Shown here piece by piece: positions 36,804-50,630 of a stretch of DNA of 64,000 nt. Location of the stretch: assembly GCF_036321535.1 (NCBI RefSeq), contig NC_087437.1:19842001-19906000 (forward strand), in the 5' to 3' direction. The stretch's first letter is position 1, and each line of letters opens with the position of its first letter. The notes beneath the pieces were generated by a model that was given only the letters and a program-made list of their open reading frames with translations, ran no database searches and was not told the origin of the DNA. Origin of the DNA: Camelus dromedarius (taxonomy: Eukaryota). Both the position numbers and the translations under genes were made by a program.

Positions 36804-39800
36804 GCTCTGGGTCTGTGATGTCTTTCATACCTAGCGTCTGCAGCCCCCTGATATCTTCCCTGAGGACTTCTTAGTTGAAATTCTCAATGAAAGAAGCTAT
36901 TTTTCCAGGACCTCATTTCAAGCCAGATCACATGTGTTATACAGAGGTTGCTGGCCAGCCAAAGGGCTTCCTATAAACAGCTGCCCACCCTTGGAATGGT
37001 CATTTGTGATTAGAGGGCCATAGTCACGTGGTCTGCTGCCCCCTTGGCCAGGGCTGTGTTAGAAACCTGTCCTCTAAGACAGAGATGTTGGGTGGAGCTG
37101 GTGTTTCCCAACAGAAGTTTTATCAAGGGTCTTGGCCTGATCTCCCGGGGACCATCTAGGACTAAGAGCCCAATGATTTGGGAGCAAGAAAACTGTTATG
37201 CTCAGGTATCTTTTCAGCCAACCCAGAGTTTCCATGGGCACTGCTTTTTCTTCAGTCACTTCAAGCCAGACCACACCTGTCACACAGAGGTCTCTATGGT
37301 GACCAAGCAGCCAACTGCAGGCCCTTGGGAAGCAGGGCAGGGCAAAGGTCAAGAAACGTACTTCAGAGAATCATGCCTCTAAATCTAAGTAGAAACTTTA
37401 AAAATCTCACTGGACATTGCCTAGCAAGATTTCCTGTAAGCAGGAAGTAACTTGCTCATAGAGACAATTCAGTCTCAACTGGAGACCCATGTCTTCCGTG
37501 ACCCAGATGGCTCCTGAGTTATTTCACGTTATTAATGATCCTGCTGTTAGGAGCTGGGAAAACAGAAACCTCGGCTTCACTCCCCTGGGGATGGAAGTAA
37601 CACCTGGAAAAAGAACCTAATGGTGGGATTTAGAACTGAGACATAGGCAATAAACTAGAATTAGTAGGTAGAGTAGTTACAGGATGAGCAGTAGCCGAAA
37701 GAGCACTGGGGGCCCCGACCTAAGGTCTGACATGCGCCGTGTGATAAACAATGGGCTCATCTCCTCTGACCCTCAGCTTGCTCACCTGTCAGACAGGGAT
37801 GTTAATATCTATTTTTGTTGGGAACATTTGAAATGAAGTATGAAAATCACATCGCTTGTTGCCCGGAGGAAAGTAGGTGCTCAATTAAAGGTGGCAGCTA
37901 GCCTTACTTAGTCCTCCTCTGAGTGAGGACCTCTCCTGGGCCTGACTGTGCTCACGGGGCCCAGGCATCAGTTACAGCTCGGTCTGTGGGGCTGCAGCAG
38001 CTGGATGGAACACATGGAGAAATCTCCTTTTGACAAGATGCTGGCCTGTACCTTTAGCCCACCCAGGGGTGGCTACCATCTTCATTGCCTTCACATTGCC
38101 TCCTGCACTCCAAGCTGCAGAGCTGAATGATCAATGCACAGCTGGCCTACTGTGAGTGGAGAAGGGGTGGCCACACCCTCCACGGTGAGCTTTCAGGGGA
38201 GACCGGACACCTCTATTCACAATTTTCTCTCTACCTCCCACACCTGCCTTCATGCCTCCAATTCCATCATCACAGTATCATTTAGAGATGATACATTTAT
38301 CTTTCCATCAGCAGCATGGAAGAGTGAGCGATGCATTCATGTATGTTTCAGGGTCCTTTTGAAGAAAGCACTTTATCTGTGATCTCAGAGCCCTAGTCTC
38401 AAGACATCCAATTAAATCTGAACCGGGTAGTATGCTCAGGCACGTCTAGACTGTCAAAAATAAAATGAAAAGCAAAATTCCTGGGGGTGGGGGGGTATAT
38501 CATTTTCCTCTTGTTTGCTATAGCTTTGCTGAAGTATTGGAGAATCACATCTAATGGGGTAGGCCTTTATACAGCACCTACTGTATACTGAGCCCCAGTT
38601 CGGCTCTCAAGGAGTTTTTGAACTAGTTCTGGAGGGACAATAAACACAAGAAAAAAGCCTTTACAATACCAGAGTCGTGCAACAGTAGAGAACAAAATAC
38701 CTGCCACCTATTGAAAAACGGGCATTCTGATCTCTAGAGAACTGGGGCATGATTGATGGAGACGGTAGAGGGAACTGCGAAAGCTGATTAGAACTTTATC
38801 TTCACCTTGTTCTTCTCAGGGAACAAGGAGATACTTGTTCACATTAAAGGCTGATCATTTGAGCTGGGATGGAAGGAATTGTACAGCCCTAATCAGAATA
38901 TCGCCAACTCGAACAATTCACTCTCACGTGGCTGGTAAAGATATCTTTCTCCGCTGTTGACTCCAATGGTGATAATGGTCGAATGGCCCTCTTCAAAGGA
39001 TAACCTGGATTCTTCCAAAGACAGTTCCTCCCTCCTGCCCTCTGCTTTACAGAGCAGCGGGCTCAGGGCACAGGAGAAAGAGATCAAGTCTCTGAAGTCT
39101 GCCACCCACACTTGGAAGATCACTGTTCTCCAAGCAAGAGCTGCCAGCAGCAGCCGTTTCTTTTCTGTTCCCAGCACAAATAGGATTCTTTCTGTCTTAC
39201 CAACTAAGTAATGTCCGGCCAAGAGAAGCCCCCACTTTTCCTGCTTCCCACCCCCATGCCCGCTGACCTCACAGTCTGCCGAGTTCTCTGGGCTGACTTG
39301 ACAGCCATGGCAACTGTGCAAAATGTAATTCTTCTAGCTTGTACCAAATACCCACTGATTTACCCCAGAAAGAGTCACTGTTCATAATTAAGAAAAAAAT
39401 CTAAAGCTCGGATAAAAAGGGAAGGTGTTGCTGAAACAGAAAACAAAAGACAAAACCTGAATTTCTCGTGGTAACATGGAAGGAATCTTATTCCAGGACA
39501 AGGACTCAGGGTGGCTTAGGAAGAAGTGTTCTGTTCAAGTCATGAGATATTTCTAGGTTTAGGTTAAGCAGTGACTAATTCTACTAAGAGATAAGTACCG
39601 AGTTTATTCAGAGGCTTATATTTTTAAATTCATCTTCTCAAGATGCATCATCTTTAAATACTCAGATCCTTCTGACTGAGCTGTTGTACTAAAGCTATTG
39701 ACAGAGTGCACTCGTGCCTGTTAATAACCAGGCTCATGACAAACCCTGGCTGAACATCAGGCTTTCATCAAGGCTCATGCCCCAAGTATGAACAGTCCCC

Positions 39801-42800
39801 GGAATGAAGGCATTATATCCTAAGACAGCTCTAAACTCTCAACCCAGACATTTAAAGGGTCCACACATGACACATACTTTAGTTAATTTTGGTAAGAGCT
39901 AGGAACTGGACAGTCCCCACCGTTCCTCCTTTTCTGTGCCTGTGATCTCCAGGAGAGCACACGTTACACTTCTCCCAAGCTCCTGAGCTTCAGTCCTCTC
40001 CCCTCCTCAAAACACAGTGGAAAGTGTGACTGCCGACTCTGGCATTGACACCAGGCAGATTTCATAGAGTCATTCATCAAACATTTACTGAGCATCTACT
40101 CTGTTCCAGGCTCCTTCTCTGAGGCAGATGCCTACTGCGGGAGTAGAGGCAATGTGGATGCTGTTTGATCAGACCCCTGGCACCTTGGGTACAGGTAGCC
40201 CAAGCCTGGAAGATGTAGAAGCCTCGGCGACACCTAGCATTGCACCTCGTGTCCTTGGATAGGACCTGCTTTCCCTGGTTCCCTGGCATCTGTACCTTCC
40301 CAGACCGAGGGCCGTGGTGGGTCCATCTGCTGTCATGCAGCACATAGGATCCCCTTTGAGCATAGGTCATGCTTGGTGACCTAAGAGTGGTGGTGCCTGA
40401 GTCCAGTCTCCTTCAGTGCAACCCTCCCTCCCCTCTAAGTCTCTAGGAGCCTGGTGTCACCTGCAGAGCACAGTCACTTCCATGGGGAAGACCAGTGAGG
40501 GTCCATCTTTTTCAAATGGCTGCATATATGGCAGACATTTGAGACTGCCTTACAGTGTCAGATCTGATCTTTAGAGCCCCTGCCTGTTCTTCCTCTTTCT
40601 TTTAACATAGTCTGACTCTGAGCAACACAGACAGACAGATTCTCTGAGTGATGGATGACCAGGCCCACTTCTGCTCTGGAGAGAGCCCCTTGGCCCCCAT
40701 CACCTACATTGTCCCTAAAATGTGCTTCCTCCTGAGAACCAAATCCCAGGAAACCTCCACAGAGCATCCCAGAATTTTCCCTGGGAGGGACAGATTTGAT
40801 CAGAAACGTATTTCTTCCCACTGGCAAGGTGAACACAAAATTGCGTCCTGGTCCTCCACCTGGACCCTGTAGACCGGATGCCCACTGGCCATCATCCCAG
40901 GATCCCAGGGGGTGGCCTCCTCAACACTCAGGAAGGAGCAGGAGGCCCGCCCTCAGTTCTCCCAGGGTCCCATGTCCTTCCCCTTGTCCCTGAGGGGACA
41001 CTGGTCACAGCACCACATGCCAGTTCCTGCCTGGAATTCTAGGCAGTGGTCCTTTCCAGAAGACAAGGTCCCTCTCCAGGATGGCCCACAAGGAAATGGG
41101 AGAGTCAGTTAAGTCTCTCCAAGCCACCACACCATGGTGGACAGTGCACAAGGCCCTTGTTCTTCACACATAATTTACGTAGAAGAAAGGCCACTTGCAA
41201 AATGACTCTTCATAAAACCAAGAGAACAAAATTTCATAATAGATTTTTAGAACACTGTCATGAAAAATAAAAGGTATAAAACATGTTAATTTTATCTTAT
41301 ATTTAACAAAAACGCTGTTACAACTGCACCTGTGCGCTACTTCATGCTAAGTCGTGTTGAGTGTTTTTCCCCAACACCATTGTTAAGCTGCAGGGGGGAC
41401 ATCTGATCAGGAATTCACTTTGTAAGTGATCGTTCAATTAATTATGTGACTTTTCCTTTTTTACGCATTTTCGCTGTCGGGGTATTGATGAGAAAGATTT
41501 GTCTTTAAGAGGACTAGTGATCTGGATGAGTTCTCTTGCCGAGTGCTGGGACAGCTAGCTGGGAAAAGGCCGACAATAACACACTAGAATTTCTGCATGG
41601 CCCTCAGGGAACTGCCACAGTGATTCTGTCTTCGGTGATGGCGTCTGCCTGGAGGGCCCCCACGTTCTGTCGTGCCCTGGTTCCCAAGAAGTAGCTTGCT
41701 CTTTGATTCTGACTCTTCACCCTCTTCTCAGATTCTTCTTGACCCCTTTTCCCTAACGCGAGGAGGCAGCTCTTTCCCTGGACCTGCCCTCTTCCCCTAG
41801 CTCTTCCCAAGTCACCCTCCTTTGGACAGGAGGAGCTCCTGGTGTCCCTCTTGTTCTGCGACATCCAAGAACAGCTCCAAGGAAGAGTCTTGTAGGGCGA
41901 GTTTTCGGGGGGGGGGGGGTCCCTGGCATCTCATTCCCAGTGTGAGTACAGACTCTCCTGGTCCATTAAGCAGGGACTGCTGGATCAGACACCTGCGTAT
42001 TCATCTCTCAAGGACGACAGTAATATTCTGAGTACATCTGTATCTAAACGCGCCAGTGGAAGGAAACCTCCCTGCTTGTCTCAGCAGCCAGTGGCTCCCT
42101 CTTCAGGTGGCGTCGCTGCAGTCTAAGGGCAGGGCAGGGCTTGGTTCCTCACCTCTCCACCTTGGGTTGGAAGAGCAGGATGCAGGATGCAGGATGCAGG
42201 AGCATACAAGAAGGATGCGGGAGCCAGAATACCGTTTGAGGCTGCTCACCTTCTTACCTCGAGACATTCTATTTGGGATTAATGATTTTTTTTAAGATTT
42301 TTTTTCTCCTCAATCTGTTAATCCTCACCAGACTGCAGGGACATAGGTGTCCATCTCCCAACTTGATGGTTAAGAAAACGAAAGTTCAAAAAATTAAGGG
42401 ACTTCCCCAAGGCAAGACAGCCAGTAGCATCAGAGGACTTCAAAGGGAGCAGAGCCCACTGCTCTCATTGCCCTGCAGTGAAGGGTCCATAAGGAAGCTC
42501 CTCGAGAGAGTGGCCTGGTGCATTGCAGGCATCGGCTGTCCCTCTCCAGTTGGCAGGAAATACAGAAATGAGTTCTCCAGACGGGATCTTCTTCTGAAAT
42601 TTTAATGTTGACTCTTCTAGTAATTATGCAAAAGTGGGTGGAACCACCATCTCAACAAGTCAGAGGTTTACACGGGCCACCTCAAACCTTCAGTCGTAGC
42701 TGGCATGAAATTGGAGTATGTTTGGCATAAACCATGCTTGCTCTTTAAAGTTGTAAATCTCAGTACTTAATACTGTATGATGCACAACTACTTAGAAATC

Positions 42801-45800
42801 AAAGCTCCATCATACTTGCCTTAGGGAGAAAGTTCTTTAGGGATTCCTGGAGCCAGTGGCATCTAGCAGCTGTCACGGTGACAGTTAGGCTAAGCCACCC
42901 CGCTCTGCCTCTCTCCAGCTTCCCTTTTCCAGACACTTCTTTCTCTTGCGAGCCCAACGCTGTGCCTGCAGGTAGGAGTCTTATCTCTTCCTACAAGGAG
43001 CACACATCTCAACACACTCACTGTGTTCCCTCTTTGGGCATACTCACTATAGAAGATGCGCCCAGAGAGGGAGGCCCTTCAGCCAAAGGGAGAGGAAGGG
43101 ACCAGTATTCACTGTACGCCTGCTAGGTGCCAGGGAGAGCTCCCCTTACATCCTTTCATCCTGGGGACCGCTCTCTGAGCTGGGGACCATGATCCCATTT
43201 CAAAGGTGGTGAAAGTGTGCCTCAGAGGAGTCAGGTAACTTGCTTAAGCCAGGCAGCTATGAAGTGGTAAAGCTCAGATGTGAACACAAACAACTGGGGC
43301 AGAAAGAATTCCAGTGGTAGAACCCCAGGCGCTGGGGTTCATGGCTAAGGGCCTTAGTTCTGGGCACGTGGGCCCTTCTTGGGTCTCAGCACGTTGCATA
43401 TGGAAATGGCTCCTTTCTCTTCTTTGCCCAAACAGAACAGGAGGAGACCGCCTGCACCACAGCCCCTCCCCTAGTCTGAGGGGCACTCTCTGCTGTCCCA
43501 GAAATCCAGGTGCTTCTGAGAAAGATCACGTCCCCTCCTGGCAGGCTGTCTCTGACTGCTTTCTGGGGAAATCTGGTTCTTATGCTTGGGGAAAGCCTTA
43601 GCTGGACCCGTGCCCCGAGGAGCCTGGATTTGCTCTCACTGGGAAAAAGGCTCTGGTCTGATCAAGGGGGTAACTGGCTCAGGCTCAGGGTGAGGTGCGT
43701 GGAGAGGCTCCTTCCTGTTGGCTCTGGATGCCAGCGATGGGTGTAGTGGAGCCATGAGCCTTTTTTGAAAAGTCTGCTTGTTGGTCTTTCCAGGGCTATT
43801 GAGTTTAGGAAAGTCCTCATGGTGACTGTGCTCTATTAAAGCACGGGCCCGAGGCAGCTCTTCAGAAGGGCTGGGAAGAGTCAGAACCAAGGAAGTTCCC
43901 AGGTTGGTAGACAGGCCTGCTATTTCCAGAAGAATGTGAAGGCAGCGCAGGGAGCAGAAGTGACAGTGAGGACTTGGGTTCCACGTGAGCTCATCACAAG
44001 GCCATGCTCCGGTTCTGGCTTTGCAGTCAACACCCAGATGACCTAGAGAAGCCACAGTCATCTCTGGGGCTCCTTTTCTTCTGCAATAATTAACAGGAAT
44101 CTCTTAAAGGTTTCCAGGTTTCCTTCCAATTTGACCATTTAGTCGCAGTCTTCCCTTCATCTCTCCTGGAATGCTAACCTTCATCAGGTTTCCCAGAACC
44201 ATGATTCTCAGATTTGCATGTGCCAATTTTACACCAGATTTTGCTAAAATATTTCTTTATGTTAAAGGACTGGCAATTTCAAGTCACTATCATCACTGAT
44301 TTTAAAATCTGCAAATACCAGAATAATTCCACCTTAATATTCAGGTTTTACACTGAATTTCTCAATCCTTTTGTTTTGAAAAGCATGGTACGTAGATGGG
44401 TGTGTGTTTCCTTGGGCTTTTTAATCAGCATGAACTTCTTGAATTCCAAATGAATAGTAAGATGACCAACATCTTTCTTAAGGAGCTGCCCACTCCCCGA
44501 ACATTAATACAGAAAACGCAGAGGATCAGGGAATGGGCCACTTTGCAAGAGTCACCTCAGAGCGTATTTGCACAGTAATATCTTGGCAGTAAGCAAAGCG
44601 GGAAACGTAAACATTAAACACTATGGGGCACCGTGTTATTGAATGAAGAACTTCATTTCTGCACTTTTGTAGAGAAGAGAGAACTTTGATTCTAAGGTCA
44701 GGATTTTTAATTTTGCTGATCCTTCAAATGCTTTTATTTGTTCTTTATTATTATAGAAAAATAAAGAAGCTAACTATGAATGTCCTAAAATAATTCCCTT
44801 GGAGGGTAAATATGTTGATGCAAACACTGGGATGATGATGGTGGTGGTGGTGATGATGATGATGGTTTCTGTGGCGGTTCTAGGAAAGCCAAGTTTCCTC
44901 AGGGTTCATTGATCTCAGTCATGCAGAGACTTGACTTTCTAACTCTCAGTCCTAAGTCCTCTCTGCTGCCCCTCAACCTCTGGAGTGACTCTGGCTGGGT
45001 GCATGGGAGCCCAGCCAGACATTAAGCCTCTGGAGGGCTGGGTGATGGCTTCTCCTCTTGCTCCCTTCTTAACCCCCAGGCTAGAAATGGATCTCAGTAA
45101 AGAAAAGCAGGCTAGTTGGACAGAGCAATTGTCCAGTTTCTGACTGTGCTCCAGAGGGGTCCTGGGCTTCTCAGCCCCATTCTCCCATTGTCCTCAGGGA
45201 ATATAGCTGCACATTCAAGGCTTATTAGCATCTATCACCCTGCTTCCCCTCTCATGGGCTGTGTTGAGCTCACTGTTCCAAGGAGGGACAGTGATTCTAC
45301 TGGATGGTCTGAAGGAGTCCTGTGCCCAGGGATGACATCTGTCTTTTTATGCTTTATATTTATCCCATCCCAACAGACACAGTCCCCATCCTACCCCTGT
45401 GTCAGTTCTTCTTGCCCTGTCCTCTCCATTGGAGACTGTATTTCATTGTTCCTCTGGCCAGATCCCCCGAGTCCACGGTGAAGAGCTCATGGACGTGGGC
45501 TTGGAAAGACCCCATCTTTGTTGGTCATGAGAGAGAGGTGATCTCCCCAGTGGAGATGTGAGTCACCAGGGACCTGGGGAGGTCCCTTAAGCAGAGGCTA
45601 CCTTGAGAAAGTCTGAAGCCACGAGGTAGAGAAGCAGGGTCCCTGCTTAGGTCTGAGCCAGAATGTCTCAGCTTAGCAAAGTGCCACCACCTCCACAGAG
45701 AAGACAGCCTTTTTCCTCCCTGAGGGCTTTCTTCTTACCTTGGCCCAGCTCTCTTTCCTCTTGCCCCCACCTCCTGACTCAACAACACATCAGTCTGCAA

Positions 45801-45929
45801 GACCTTGCTTAGCACTTACACTCTGTGGGTTTCTTGTGGGCTCCACAGGAAAAACAGCCCATCCTTTCAAGCAGTGAAAGTAGAGCTGAAAGTCCAGGGA
45901 CACGTACAGGGGCAGCTGGAGAGCAGCAT

Positions 45930-46140
45930 CATTTATGGAGCGCCCGCCCTTTACCAGCAGCCACTGTGCTGAGGGCCTGAGATGCCCTGTCTCATTTAAT
46001 CCTCACAACATCCCTGGAACATTCCTCTACAGATGAGGAAAGTGAGGTTTAGGGAGCACAAGGGACTTGCCCGAGGCCACACAACTCGTGGGCTGCAAAA
46101 CTGGGCTTCAAACCCAAAGTCTGACCCCGAAGCCTGTGCT
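45930..46140 (-). mobile_element. MIR SINE
   Basis: TCTCATTTAATCCTCACAAC...TACAGATGAGGAAAGTGAGG...GACTTGCCCGAGGCCACAC. Confidence 0.85.
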
Positions 46141-46910
46141 TTTTTTTTTTTTTTTTAAGTATCTTTTAAACATTGAAGTATAGTTGCTGTAATAGTATAT
46201 AAGTCACAGGTGTATAATATAGTGATTCACAGTTCTAAAGGTTATGCTCAGTTTATCGTTATTATAGAATATTGGCTCTACTCCCCATGTTGTACAAAAA
46301 TCCTTACAGCTTATTTACTGTATTTATTTGTTTATTTATTACAGCTAATAATTTGTACCTTTCCCTCCCCTCCCTCTATGCTGCCCCTCTCCCTCCCTTT
46401 CCCCACTAGTGACCACTAGTTTGTCCTCTGTATATGTGAGTCTGCTTCTTTTTTGTTATATTTACTAGTTTGTTATATTTTTTAGATTCCACATATAAGT
46501 GATCTCATGCAACATTTGTCTTTCTCTGTCTGACTTATTTCACTCAGCATAGTGCCCTCCAAGTCCATCCATGTTTCTGCAAACTTCATTCTTTTTTTAT
46601 AGTATTCCGTTGTGTATGTATGCATCACATCTTCTTGATCTATTTACCTGTCGATGGCCACTAGGGTTGCTTCCATATCTTGGCAGTTGCAAATAGTGCT
46701 GCTATGAACATCGGGATGTATGTATCTTTTTGAATTCGTGATTTTGTTTTTTTCAGATGTATACCCAGGAGTGTGATTGTTGGGTCATATGGTAGTTCTA
46801 TTTATAATGTTTTAAGGAATCTCCATACTATTTTCCACAGTGGATGCACAAATTGACATTCCCACCAACAGTGTATGAAGGTTTCTTTCCTTTTCGCCAC
46901 ATCCTCGCCA
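46141..46910 (-). mobile_element. L1 3' end (~770 bp: ORF2 tail plus 3' UTR)
   Basis: Poly-T; TTTTAGATTCCACATATAAGTGA; TCTGACTTATTTCACTCAGCAT; AAATAGTGCTGCTATGAACAT; CATTCCCACCAACAGTGTA. No clear TSD seen. Confidence 0.93.
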
Positions 46911-48474
46911 AGTACTGTGAGGATTAACCTTCACAATCCAAAAGCGTGTGCAGAGCATAGTTGTAAAGATGCCAAGTGTCCCTGGCATGGCTCAGCTCAA
47001 AATCAAAACCCCAGTGGAAGAAATGAAAGGAATTCTTTAGTTGGTTGAATCCAACGTCTTTCTTCAAAATAGAATCTGCTTTCATTTCCTGCTTAAGAAG
47101 AAGAGAGAGCTATCTTGATGGAATGTTCACTTCTGTTCAGGGGCTGGGAGGGCAAAGAATAGAGAAAGCTTCCTTTAACGGCTTGTCTTCTGGTTGATTT
47201 CAGGAACACTGGTATTTTTCAAGCTTATTTTGCTTTTGAAATCATGGATGAAATGAGGTTGCAGGGAAGAGGAGCAAGTATTAAAAGTGCGCTTTTCACT
47301 ACCCTCCAAATAATTACTTTCCCCCTAAATTTCTCGGTGTAACATACACATTTCTAAAACCCACAACAGTATGGAGCCTTGTAAGTCACAGGAGGGCATC
47401 TTCATGGGCAAATTTCAAGGAACAGGTAGTGGAGGTGCAGACAGCCGTGTGCTGTGTGTTCCACGCAATGCCACAATTCTCCCTTGGAAACTCAGTAAGT
47501 GGGAAAGAGTTAGTCATTCCTTTGTCAAATGCAGATGCATCTGAGAGCTGCAGTCACTCTCACCTCTGGCTTCTCACGGATGCATCAGACCAGGGGAAGT
47601 GTTGGGTTCTAAGCCAATGCTAGATGAACTTGGGCTAAGATTGCACATCTGACACAGTAAGCCCTGTGAGAGAAAGGGGCTGTCTGCCCTTTAAGATGGG
47701 AAGCCTCATTCCTTGCTTTTTTTGGGGGGGAGGGAGGGAGTCACATATTTCCTGGACACCCATCCCTTCCTCTGCTCAGCAAGCTAGAAAGAGCACTCAT
47801 TGTTCACTCCCACTGGCACAGGGATTGAGCAGGGAAATGTGAACAGAAGGTCATCTGCAAAGAGCAGGCAGAAAAAGTCCCTGCTTCTGATTAGATTTTC
47901 TCCCCAAATCAGCTTTCCCCCTTCTGATCTCTGCCCTCCGTAGGGGCAGCCGGTGACAAAAGTCTTTGTGTTGGGGATTCTTTTCAAGTCAAGGCACCAG
48001 AGCCGTATCCTCTTTGGTCATCGGGTTGTCATTCCCCAAGAGATGGGTTGAAATGTTAAGGACAGTTTTACTGAGAAACTGTCTTCATCCTCTTGTTCTC
48101 ACTGCATGGCTACTTGTCGGAAGCTGTCACTCTTCAAGAAATAAAAGGTAGCTTCCCAGGTTTGATCAGAAAGCTTCTGCATGGAGGAGCTCGCTAAAGT
48201 GACTGAGAGCTGAGAATTTCTGGGAGCAGCCAGCTCCATGCATCCTTCCCATGGGAAATGTCAACCTAATGCCATTGCTGGACTAGAAGTCTGTGTTCTG
48301 TGGTTTTGGGCAGGACTGGCTTCTGGTTCAGTGGACATCGTCTGGTGCATTGGCCCTTAATGCCAGGGGTAGGAACTTTCCTTTCCTCTCTTAGACTAAC
48401 CTGTTCCACTCAGGGAACAGCAGAAGTGGGGAGCCCTAGTGTCTGCCAGCAGCAGTCTCATAAGTCCCACCTCG

Positions 48475-48860
48475 TGAGGTTTCCTCATCGATAGATCCCT
48501 TGCTCTATTATTGACTTAATATTTTTCTTCCTAGAAACTTACTTATTTTTTACTCAAATTTATTTTAAAAGGAAACTTGGTATTTCGACCATGTGCAGAA
48601 AACTAATATCACTTGCTATAAATCTGTAAAAGTAAATATGGTGGAACCAAAGCAACAGTGCTAGATTCTAGTTAGACACAGTTGCTTGCGGGAGGCTGTA
48701 AGCATGAGGCCTGCTCAAAGCCAGAGAGAGTACAGCCAGGTTTCCAGACACAGAGCAGTCAGGATTTGATCCTGAGCTGAAAAGAGACTGACTTTCTCTC
48801 TTCCAGCAGGGCTGAGAGTAGGATGAGTTCAGTGCAGATCCCAGCACATAATTAAGGAGG
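48475..48860. mobile_element. hAT-Charlie remnant, MER102-like
   Basis: TTTATTTTAAAAGGAAACTT...TATCACTTGCTATAAAT...TAGACACAGTTGCTTGC...TGAGGCCTGCTC. Confidence 0.55.
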
Positions 48861-49680
48861 TGCTCGGTCCCAGGGAGGGCCCTGAACTTGCACCAGTGCT
48901 GGGAGGGAGAAGAACCTCCTTAAATTTTGCCCCTTGGGCCCCTCACTTTGCCTTGCTCTGGTCCCAGGCCTTTGTGAGTGGGCATCACTCGTCACCAGGA
49001 CCCCTTATCACCTGAATTTGTCCCTGGAGTACCAACCGCAGCCTTGGAGACACCAGTTCCTTCCAACTTCCTGCCCTATCAGAAGAGTTTGAGTCGGAGT
49101 GTTTGTGCTCAGGTAGCTCTTAGCTGTGGCCAAACCCTGTGCTGGGTCTTCACACATCACCCATTTGCTATACCACCGATAAGTGCACTGAGTGATTTTA
49201 TCAGATTTTTCAGCATCTACTGTTTTGCCCCTTTCGGATGCTGGGCGCTATTTGCTTTTGGTTCGTCTTCTGGCATCGCTTCTGCACTCCTGTCTTCCCC
49301 TCTTCCTCCTGCTCCAGACTCCCACAAAGGCAAGGGAACAGTGTTGTTAGGATGGTCCTGAGTACACTATGCTGTTCTGGTGCCTGAAAGGCCTCTCTCA
49401 GCCTGCATCCTTCTCAGCCCTCAAAGCCCTGCTCAGGTGTCCCCACTCCCCCGGTGAGTGTTCCTCTGCCCACTGCGTGACAAAGAGTGACCCCCTGCTA
49501 GCTCTGCTTCTTCTCTCCTGTACCGGGCACCACATCACGGTGGCCTCTGCAGCCTGAGATCCCTTTGAAGGTAGAGATGCTTCTTACACGGTTCAGGGCT
49601 CTCAGGGCCCATAGCCAGGGCTCAGTCCAGCACAGGGCCAAGAGCACATGCTGGAGAATCAGACAGCTGTGGTTCCAAGT

Positions 49681-50140
49681 GCTCACCCCACCTTCACACC
49701 TCCTGAAGCCTGCTTTTCCCCACCTGTAACACAGAGCTTGCGACACCTACCTCCACCAGTTTAATGATGGAGATGTCATGAGGCCAAGCGGGCAGAGCCC
49801 TTGACCCAGAGCCTGTGCAGGACAATGCCTGTGACTGTTAGCTCCCCTAGAAAGGAGCTCATTGAAGAGGTGAGCATCCCTCTAGGGTACGGAGGGGCTG
49901 CAGAGGTCACTCTCTGTAAACTACGCTTATCCCTGCCCTTCTCCTTTTAATGGAAATTTTATTATTAACCACATTGGTCCAATGTTTTTAGCTCCCCAAA
50001 GAACTTTCATAGTCATGGATTTATAGGATGAGCAAAGCAGCTCTGGGGCAAGAGGAGGAGGTAAGGATATGCCCATTTTGCAAACAAGAAAGTCAGGGAG
50101 GTGAAGTGACTTGCCCAAAGTCACAAAGAGAGCTCAGGGC
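49681..50140 (-). repeat. Left arm of ~460 bp inverted duplication
   Basis: Reverse complement aligns end to end with 51569-52024, roughly 85% identity by eye. Confidence 0.97.
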
Positions 50141-50262
50141 AGAGTCAGACCTGGGATTCTGGTCTCCTAACTGAGTTCCATATTCCTTGTATTTGGTCCC
50201 TTTGCCCCTTGGTAACCTTGTTATTAGGGTGTCCTGCTGCTAATTGCCTCCTTCTTAGGCCA

Positions 50263-50630
50263 TGCTATGGGCTGAATCATGTCTTCCCAAATTCATATGT
50301 TGAAGTCCTAACCCGTAGTTCTTCAGACTTTGACTGTATTAGGAGACTGGCTCTTTAAATCGATAATTAGTTAAAACCAACTCTTACGGGTGGGTTTTAA
50401 TCCCATATGACTGGTGTCCTTATAAGAAGAGGTAATTAGGACACAGACAGAGGGATGGCCATGTGGGGACACAGAGAAAAGATGGCCATCATCCAAGGAG
50501 ATAACCTCAGAAGAAGTCAAACCTGCCAACACCTGGATCCTGGACTTCCAGCCTCCGGAAGTGCAAGAAAATACACTTCTATTGTTTAAGCTCCCCAGTC
50601 TTGTTATGGCTGCATGAGCTGACTAATGCA
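50263..50630 (+). mobile_element. MaLR solo LTR (MLT1A/B-like), complete
   Basis: TGCTATGGGCTGAAT...AATTCATATGTTGAAGTCCTAAC...TGACTGGTGTCCTTATAAGAAGAG...GACTAATGCA. Perfect 5 bp TSD GGCCA (50258-50262, 50631-50635). Confidence 0.93.

Noticed and set aside
38957..39211. Ser-rich 84 aa ORF and overlapping 142 aa minus-strand ORF
   Set aside because: No recognisable homology, non-ATG starts and no convincing donor site.
41394..41421. Possible microexon CAG|GGGGGACATC...CACTTT|GTAAGT
   Set aside because: 28 nt is not frame-preserving, the polypyrimidine tract next to the AG is weak, and the peptide is unrecognisable; unsupported without RNA data.
41907..41919. G13 homopolymer
   Set aside because: Isolated mononucleotide run with no supporting context; length prone to sequencing error.
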